Both the position numbers and the translations under genes were made by a program. A stretch of 64,000 nucleotides of DNA from Elusimicrobiota bacterium (GTDB lineage: Bacteria > Elusimicrobiota > Endomicrobiia > CG1-02-37-114 > JAHJSO01). Shown piece after piece: positions 58,551 to 64,000 of the stretch. Position 1 is the stretch's first letter, and every line of letters starts with the position of its first letter. The notes beneath the pieces are model-generated. The model ran no database searches, was not told the origin of the DNA, and worked only from the letters and a program-made list of their open reading frames with translations. The stretch covers positions 6,919 to 70,918 of the forward strand of contig JBDRQF010000061.1 in the NCBI GenBank assembly GCA_043826435.1, read 5' to 3'.

Positions 58551-58603
58551 CTCGCCTATTGACAATCTCGCCTATTGACAACCGTATTTTTATACAGTAT
58601 AAT
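58551..58603 (+). promoter_or_regulatory. perfect-consensus promoter TTGACA-N17-TATAAT with a 15-bp direct repeat (CTCGCCTATTGACAA x2) for the R-M operon
   Basis: 58575-80 TTGACA. 58598-603 TATAAT. The spacer contains CCGTATTT. Confidence 0.5.
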
Positions 58604-58639
58604 ATAAACAGATTAATAGACATTTTCTTCATATGAAAT

Positions 58640-60337
58640 ATGAAAAATCAACGCCTCACCAAAAGACAAAAAGATATAATAGGAGTCCCTCTTTTAGGAA
58701 CTATCGCCGCAGGAGAACCAATTCATGCAATTGAAGTCCCGCAAGAAACAATACCAATACCAAGAGACGAATTAAGTAAAACCGAAAAATATTATGCCTT
58801 GCGAGTTCAAGGCAATAGCATGGTAGACGAAGGTATTTTTGACGGCGATATCGTTGTTATACGGAAACAAGAAACTGCAATTAACGGCCAATCTGTTGTT
58901 GCAATCATTGACGGTGACCAAGCAACTTTAAAAAAACTCTACCGTGAAAAAAACAGGATAAAATTGCAGCCCGCAAATCCTTTGTTATTCCCAATTTATC
59001 CTAAAGAAATTGAGATAAGAGGTATTGTTGTAAAAATAATACGCAACTTAGAACAGAAAATAGAAAAATGTTCTTCCGCTGGACCTAAATTTAAAAGACG
59101 AATAGATTATTCATGGGATTATTCAGGACAAAACACTAAATCATATACACACGGGTTACACACATATCCAGCAATGTTTATTCCGCAGGTAGCAAGGCGA
59201 CTTTTACAGAACTACAGTAATAAAGGCGATACAATATGCGATGTTTTTTGCGGTTCAGGTACTGCTTTAGTTGAAAGCAGAGTATTAGAAAGAAATGCCT
59301 ACGGAATAGACCTAAACCCATTAGCTGCGTTTTTATCAAAAGTAAAAACAACAGAAATAAATCCTCTAACATTGAATAAAAAATATTTTCAATTAATAGA
59401 TAGGATTGCAAAAATAAAAAGCGAAAACATTAAAAAGCCAGATTTCTTTAATATTGATTTCTGGTTTAAAGAAGCCGTAATTATTAAACTGTCTAAAATA
59501 AAAAAAGCCATTAATGAAATAGAACAAGAAAACACCAGAAACTTTTTCATGGCGGCATTCAGTGAGGCAGTGCGGCTTAGTTCTAATACAAAAAATGGTG
59601 AATTTAAACTTGTTAGGATACCAAATGATAAGTTAAAGAACTATAATCCGGATGTAATAAATATTTTCAAGAAAAGAGTTGAATCAAACATATTAGGAAT
59701 GGAAGATTTCTTTAAAAATGTTGATAAAAACGCATGGGTCAAGATAATATACGGCGATTCTTCAAAAGAAAATGGAATAAAAGAAAACTCAATTGACTGC
59801 ATTATTACTTCTCCACCTTACGGGGACAGCAGAACAACAGTTGCTTATGGACAATTTTCAAGATTGTCCGCTCAATGGACAGATATCTTAGAAAATCCCG
59901 ATATGGCTTCCAACATAGACAATGAATTACTTGGAGGAAGGTCTGTTAAAGAATTAAAATATAATCTAAATTCAACCCACTTAAGCACAATCTTGAATGA
60001 AATATCAAACAAAGACGAAAAGCGAGCAAGAGAGGTTCTAAGTTTTTTTATTGACTTAGAAAAATGCCTTAAACAGGCCTATAGAATACTTAAACCCAAT
60101 AAATATTTCTGCGTTGTAATAGGTAATCGCCTTGTTAAACAAGTAAGAATCCCTACCGATTTTATTATAGCAGAAATTTGCGAAAACATTGGTTTTGTCT
60201 GTGAAGACATTTTTGTCAGAAATATTCCTGGCAAAAGGATGCCGTTAAAAAATTCTCCATCAAATGTTACTGGACGAACTGAAGAAACTATGTTGAAAGA
60301 AAGCATAGTGATTTTAAGAAAGATTAAGAAAGGCTAA
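58640..60337 (+). CDS. fusion of LexA/UmuD-type S24 peptidase domain (N-terminal, no HTH) with an N4/N6-family (SPPY) DNA methyltransferase
   Basis: Residues 18-135 (VPLLGTIAAGEP ... VQGNSMVDEGIFDGD ... ATLKKL) carry the AG cleavage site and the Ser and Lys dyad. The methyltransferase has FCGSGTA (motif I) and TSPPYG (motif IV). Very AT-rich. Confidence 0.7.
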   Translation: MKNQRLTKRQKDIIGVPLLGTIAAGEPIHAIEVPQETIPIPRDELSKTEKYYALRVQGNSMVDEGIFDGDIVVIRKQETAINGQSVVAIIDGDQATLKKLYREKNRIKLQPANPLLFPIYPKEIEIRGIVVKIIRNLEQKIEKCSSAGPKFKRRIDYSWDYSGQNTKSYTHGLHTYPAMFIPQVARRLLQNYSNKGDTICDVFCGSGTALVESRVLERNAYGIDLNPLAAFLSKVKTTEINPLTLNKKYFQLIDRIAKIKSENIKKPDFFNIDFWFKEAVIIKLSKIKKAINEIEQENTRNFFMAAFSEAVRLSSNTKNGEFKLVRIPNDKLKNYNPDVINIFKKRVESNILGMEDFFKNVDKNAWVKIIYGDSSKENGIKENSIDCIITSPPYGDSRTTVAYGQFSRLSAQWTDILENPDMASNIDNELLGGRSVKELKYNLNSTHLSTILNEISNKDEKRAREVLSFFIDLEKCLKQAYRILKPNKYFCVVIGNRLVKQVRIPTDFIIAEICENIGFVCEDIFVRNIPGKRMPLKNSPSNVTGRTEETMLKESIVILRKIKKG

Positions 60338-60340
60338 ACA

Positions 60341-61042
60341 ATGACACTTACTGAATTGAAAAAAAGATTAAAAAATCTAAAAGATAAGGGTTTTATCTCC
60401 TCAAAAAGAAAAGGTCCTACTGGTATAGGATATACTTTTGAGACCGAACTAAATTTAAAAGAAACCAACATCGCAATCCCCGACCTCGGCGGTAGAATAG
60501 AATTAAAGACAATGAGAGAAACTTCAGGGTCTCTTGTTACATTGTTTACATTCAATAAATCAGTGTGGAAAATTCACCCCAAAGATGCTATTTCCAAATA
60601 TGGCTATTTTGATGAAAATAAACGACATTGCCTATATGTTACAGTCGCATTTGGAACTCCTAATAATCAAGGATTGTTATTGGATTTAGACAAATCCGGT
60701 GAAAACCTTCAATTGAAAGACAAGAATGGTATTCTTATTGGCAACTGGAAAATGAGCCATATTGTAGCAAAATTTCTCTCTAAAATGGGAAGATTAATTA
60801 TAGTTTATGCGGACACAAGAAAAAATGATACCGGCGTTGAGGAATTTTTCTATAAAAAGGCATATCTACTGGAAAACCCTTCAGACGATAATTTTGTAGA
60901 TGCTATCAAGAAGAAATCCGCTTTTGTGGATATAAGAATGTATTTAAGGCCGGATGGGTCAGTTAGAAACCACGGGACTGGTTTCCGGGTGTATGAGAAA
61001 GATTTGGGGTCGCTGTATCAAAGTAGGAGACAATTGATTTGA
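60341..61042 (+). CDS. type II restriction endonuclease, MvaI/BcnI family
   Basis: 233 aa. LKNLKDKGFIS, the PDLGGRIELK PD-ExK core, and LIIVYADTRK...FYKKAYLLEN are collinear with BcnI/MvaI as recalled. The start overlaps the methyltransferase stop. Confidence 0.65.
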   Translation: MTLTELKKRLKNLKDKGFISSKRKGPTGIGYTFETELNLKETNIAIPDLGGRIELKTMRETSGSLVTLFTFNKSVWKIHPKDAISKYGYFDENKRHCLYVTVAFGTPNNQGLLLDLDKSGENLQLKDKNGILIGNWKMSHIVAKFLSKMGRLIIVYADTRKNDTGVEEFFYKKAYLLENPSDDNFVDAIKKKSAFVDIRMYLRPDGSVRNHGTGFRVYEKDLGSLYQSRRQLI

Positions 61043-61674
61043 TAATAAAAACAATTACACTCGGAGGACTTGAGACAAATTGCTATCTGGTTTTGAATGA
61101 AGATTCGGGCGATTGCCTGATAGTTGACCCGGCGGCAGAGCCGGAAAGAGTCATTGCCGCATTGAAAACGCTTAACCGCAACGGCGGTGGGCCGAAAGTA
61201 ATAGGGATAGTCAATACGCACGGGCATGCGGACCACATAGGTGCGAATACGCGGATAAAGAAAGAGTTCTCCTGTCCCGTTTACGTCCACCGTCTTGACG
61301 CTCCACTGCTGGTCTCCCCCGCGCAAAACCTTTCAGCATCACTTTATTTTGAGGAAATAAAATCGCCCGCGGCAGACGTCCTGGTTGAAGAGGGGGACGT
61401 CCTCCCGAATAACCTCAAGGTTATACATACGCCGGGGCACACCCCGGGCAGTATCTGCCTTGTGGGGGACAGTTTTGTCCTGTCGGGGGATACGCTTTTC
61501 TGCGGTTCGGTCGGGAGGTGGGACCTGCTGGGCGGCGATGAAAGGACGTTAATGCAATCCCTGAAGAAACTCACCAAACTCCCCGCGCATTTTATTTTCT
61601 ACCCGGGTCACGGGCCTTCCTGCACGATAGGGAACGAACTGAAACACAACCCTTTCCTCGCCGGCATAATATAA
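61039..61674 (+). CDS. MBL-fold metallo-hydrolase (glyoxalase II-like)
   Basis: TTG start after GGAG. HGHADH motif. Confidence 0.7.
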   Translation: MIIKTITLGGLETNCYLVLNEDSGDCLIVDPAAEPERVIAALKTLNRNGGGPKVIGIVNTHGHADHIGANTRIKKEFSCPVYVHRLDAPLLVSPAQNLSASLYFEEIKSPAADVLVEEGDVLPNNLKVIHTPGHTPGSICLVGDSFVLSGDTLFCGSVGRWDLLGGDERTLMQSLKKLTKLPAHFIFYPGHGPSCTIGNELKHNPFLAGII

Positions 61675-61771
61675 CCGGTACAATATAAACGGATGTTCCC
61701 CTTGTTTTTCTTCCGCAATTTTTGTATAATCCTCACTGATAAAGACACGGATGAATCGTACTAATTTTAGT

Positions 61772-61809
61772 GATGAGATTGCTTCGGGGCTTCACCCCTC
61801 GCAATGACA
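61772..61809 (+). repeat. REP-like palindromic element, copy C (GATGAGATTGC-GGGGcttcaCCCC-TCGCAATGACA)
   Basis: Family member. It is followed immediately by the 27-nt TGACA-N8-TGTCA motif at 61805-61831. Confidence 0.5.
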
Positions 61810-61849
61810 TGGAAGAGTGTCAATCAATTATACGGACATCAATAATATT

Positions 61850-62752
61850 ATGCCTCCACAGAACGATTCTGACAAATACCTTAAAGAGTTTATCCAGTAC
61901 CTGGACATAGAAAGGGGACTGGCGAAAAATACAGTCCTGTCTTATGCCAGCGACCTCAGGTTGTTTTTCGGGTATCTGAAGAAAAGGAATGTTTCTGCGA
62001 CGGACGTCCGTGAAGACGACATTACCGGTTACATAATGAAGAGAAAGTTTGAAAGGTACGGCGGCTTAAAAGAAAGGTCAATATTCCGCCTGATAGAGTC
62101 AATCAGGCAATTTTATAAATTCCTGATAATAGAGGAATACGTAAAAATTGACCCGACTCTAAACATAAAGACGCCGAAGATGCCGCACCATCTTCCGGGG
62201 GTGCTTACGATTGAAGAAGTGGCGAAACTGCTTGAGAGTGTCCCCGTGGACAACGAGAGGGGTCTCAGGTACAGGGCGATGTTTGAACTGGTGTATGCGG
62301 CGGGACTGCGCGTCTCCGAGGTTATAAATATAGGGCTGAATGACATTGACCTGGACGTGGGCTATGTAAAGGTCGTCGGTAAAGGCGGGAAAGAAAGGAT
62401 TGTTCCGTTAGGCAGAAGAGCGAAATACGCCATTGAAAAATACCTTGAATTCAGGATGAAAAAATACCCTGCCCAGAAAATGCTTTTTGTAAGCAAGTTA
62501 AGGAGGTGCCTCAGCAGGGTTGAATTCTGGGAGCAACTTAAAAAATATGCCCGTATTGCAGGCATAAAGAAACCGGTCTCACCACACACCCTGCGGCATG
62601 CATTTGCCACCCACCTCCTGATCGGCGGGGCTGATTTGAGGAGTTTACAGGAGATGCTGGGGCATTCAAGCATCTCCACGACCCAGATTTACACCCACGT
62701 TGACAGGGAACACCTGAAGCAACTCCACAAAAAATATCATCCCAGAGGATAG
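61850..62752 (+). CDS. xerD: site-specific tyrosine recombinase XerD/XerC family
   Basis: N-terminal core-binding domain. R..HxxR...Y catalytic residues (LRHAFATHL ... IYTHV). An alternative GTG start at 61817 lies within the shared motif. Confidence 0.8.
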   Translation: MPPQNDSDKYLKEFIQYLDIERGLAKNTVLSYASDLRLFFGYLKKRNVSATDVREDDITGYIMKRKFERYGGLKERSIFRLIESIRQFYKFLIIEEYVKIDPTLNIKTPKMPHHLPGVLTIEEVAKLLESVPVDNERGLRYRAMFELVYAAGLRVSEVINIGLNDIDLDVGYVKVVGKGGKERIVPLGRRAKYAIEKYLEFRMKKYPAQKMLFVSKLRRCLSRVEFWEQLKKYARIAGIKKPVSPHTLRHAFATHLLIGGADLRSLQEMLGHSSISTTQIYTHVDREHLKQLHKKYHPRG

Positions 62753-62836
62753 CCCTCTAAATAAAATTACACAGGACTATTGACGTTACCCAATTGCGTC
62801 ATCCCCATAGTGCCGCCGAAGATACTGCCCTGAAGG

Positions 62837-62865
62837 TTGAAAAAAATCTCTAAATAGAGTATAAT
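62837..62865 (+). promoter_or_regulatory. promoter TTGAAA-N17-TATAAT upstream of moxR, with the palindrome CTCTAaaTAGAG in the spacer
   Basis: Counted directly. Confidence 0.45.
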
Positions 62866-62923
62866 ATCCTGAAAGTAATTTACGTATATCCGGAAAAGTT
62901 TCCTAAAGAGAGAGGTAATTGCA

Positions 62924-63913
62924 ATGGCGGGTAAAGATACGGAACTCGTTGACAAACTTATTAAAGGGCACAGGTCAATTATCAACCAACTTAAAAAAAT
63001 TATCGTCGGCCAGGATGGGGTGATCAACCAATTACTTATAGCCCTCTTTGCCAGAGGGCACTGCGTGATTGTAGGCGTCCCCGGCCTTGCAAAAACGCTG
63101 CTGGTGTCCTCGCTGGCGGAAATACTTGACCTGCAGTTTAAGAGAATCCAGTTTACGCCAGACCTGATGCCTTCCGATATCACGGGGACGGAAGTAATAG
63201 AACAGGACGCGGCAACGGGGGGGAGAAACTACAGGTTTATCAAAGGGCCTGTGTTTGCAAACATCATACTTGCAGACGAGATTAACCGCACCCCGCCGAA
63301 AACCCAGAGCGCCCTGCTCCAGGCGATGCAGGAATACAGGGTGACCTCTGCCGGGCAGACATATCCGGTGCCGATGCCGTTTTATGTCCTTGCGACGCAG
63401 AATCCCATAGAGCAGGAGGGGACTTACCCTCTGCCCGAGGCGCAGCTGGACAGGTTTTTCTTTCAGATAAACATTGATTACCCTTCTGCGGATGAGGAAA
63501 AAACCATCGTTCAGCAGACGACGGGCGCCACCATCCCGTCCCTTGATAAGGTGCTGGATGCGGACGAAATAATACAACTCCAGGAGATTGTCCGCAGGGT
63601 CCCGGTGAGCGACAACGTTATTGATTACGTCGTCAGGTTTGTCGGCGCGACCCGTCCCAGGGCGGATGGTTCCCCGGATTTTGTGAAGCAGTGGTTAAAC
63701 TGGGGGGCAGGTCCCAGGGCAAGCCAGGCGCTGATATTGGGGGCGAAGGCGAGGGCATTGCTGGACGGCAGGTATTCCATTTCCATTGAGGACATTCAGA
63801 AACTTGCCCATCCCGCGCTGAGGCACCGTCTGATATTAAATTTCAACGCGGAGGCGGAAGGTATTACCACGGACGACGTAATTACGAAACTTGTGTCACT
63901 CGTTCCCGCTTAA
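62924..63913 (+). CDS. moxR: MoxR-family AAA+ ATPase
   Basis: Walker A GVPGLAKT. Walker B ILADEINR. MoxR/RavA family. Confidence 0.85.
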   Translation: MAGKDTELVDKLIKGHRSIINQLKKIIVGQDGVINQLLIALFARGHCVIVGVPGLAKTLLVSSLAEILDLQFKRIQFTPDLMPSDITGTEVIEQDAATGGRNYRFIKGPVFANIILADEINRTPPKTQSALLQAMQEYRVTSAGQTYPVPMPFYVLATQNPIEQEGTYPLPEAQLDRFFFQINIDYPSADEEKTIVQQTTGATIPSLDKVLDADEIIQLQEIVRRVPVSDNVIDYVVRFVGATRPRADGSPDFVKQWLNWGAGPRASQALILGAKARALLDGRYSISIEDIQKLAHPALRHRLILNFNAEAEGITTDDVITKLVSLVPA

Positions 63914-63957
63914 AACGGCTGTCGGCAGGAAAACGGGTTTTTTGCGGGCGGAGCGGC

Positions 63958-64000
63958 GATGAGATTGCTTCGTCGCTAACGCTCCTCGCAATGACAACCA
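63958..64000 (+). repeat. REP-like palindromic element, copy D (may continue past the window end)
   Basis: GATGAGATTGCTTCGTCGCTAACGCTCCTCGCAATGACAACCA. Its inverted twin is at 49374-49414. Confidence 0.45.

Noticed and set aside
58590-58612. Possible LexA (SOS) box ACAGTATAATATAAACAG in the R-M promoter
   Set aside because: The half-sites are in direct orientation (ACAG...ACAG), not the palindromic CTGT-N8-ACAG. It is not a valid E. coli-type LexA box. The box of this lineage is unknown.
61805-61831. The 27-nt motif as a dif-like Xer recombination site
   Set aside because: Its geometry (5-bp arms, 8-nt spacer) does not match the 11-6-11 architecture of dif sites. It is kept only as a generic palindromic motif in the findings.
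1-64000. tRNA, rRNA, CRISPR arrays and IS elements
   Set aside because: All intergenic regions were scanned by eye. There are no cloverleaf-compatible GTTCRA T-arm contexts, no regularly spaced repeat-spacer arrays, and no transposase ORFs. The only repeats are REP-like elements and short tandem duplications.

Overview
This is a 64 kb bacterial chromosomal window, almost entirely coding and on the + strand. It carries a run of housekeeping operons, in order: the dcw cell-wall cluster (murE (5' partial), murF, mraY, murD, ftsW, murG); argH, surE, uvrB and nadC; a flavinylation and Rnf module (NusG_II/DUF1312 protein, Gx-EcfT fusion, apbE on the - strand, aroB, rnfCDGEAB); rpsB, tsf, pyrH, frr, uppS, cdsA, dxr and rseP; a treS-mak fusion; ispG; proS; rimP, nusA, infB, rbfA, nrnA, truB, ribF, an EF-G paralog, rpsO and pnp; ftsK, lolA-like, pgsA, pgpA, ssb and recA; an MBL hydrolase, xerD and moxR. 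Four AT-rich segments (about 35-40% GC against roughly 50% in the core) look horizontally acquired. The first (12476-14112) holds a Zn-ribbon SAM methyltransferase and a nucleotidyltransferase gene remnant between direct repeats. The second (30462-33797) is treS-mak. The third (35006-38141) holds a DinD/RhuM Bro-N protein and a CsgG-like lipoprotein. The fourth (58540-61042), immediately downstream of recA, is an MvaI/BcnI-family type II restriction-modification pair. The most unusual object is that R-M module. Its N4/N6-family SPPY methyltransferase carries an N-terminal LexA/UmuD-type S24 self-cleaving domain with the Ala-Gly site, the Ser and Lys dyad all intact but no HTH. It sits directly after recA behind a perfect TTGACA-N17-TATAAT promoter, which suggests an R-M system wired to the SOS/RecA* signal. 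Other notable items are a 60-aa singlet bacterial histone-fold protein (HBb/DUF1931-like). There is a family of at least six REP-like palindromic intergenic repeats (GAGATTGC, variable hairpin, TCGCAATGACA). A 27-nt TGACA-N8-TGTCA motif sits immediately upstream of both treS and xerD. A few short tandem duplications sit at gene junctions. infB carries a 60-bp VNTR. No tRNA, rRNA or CRISPR array is evident.
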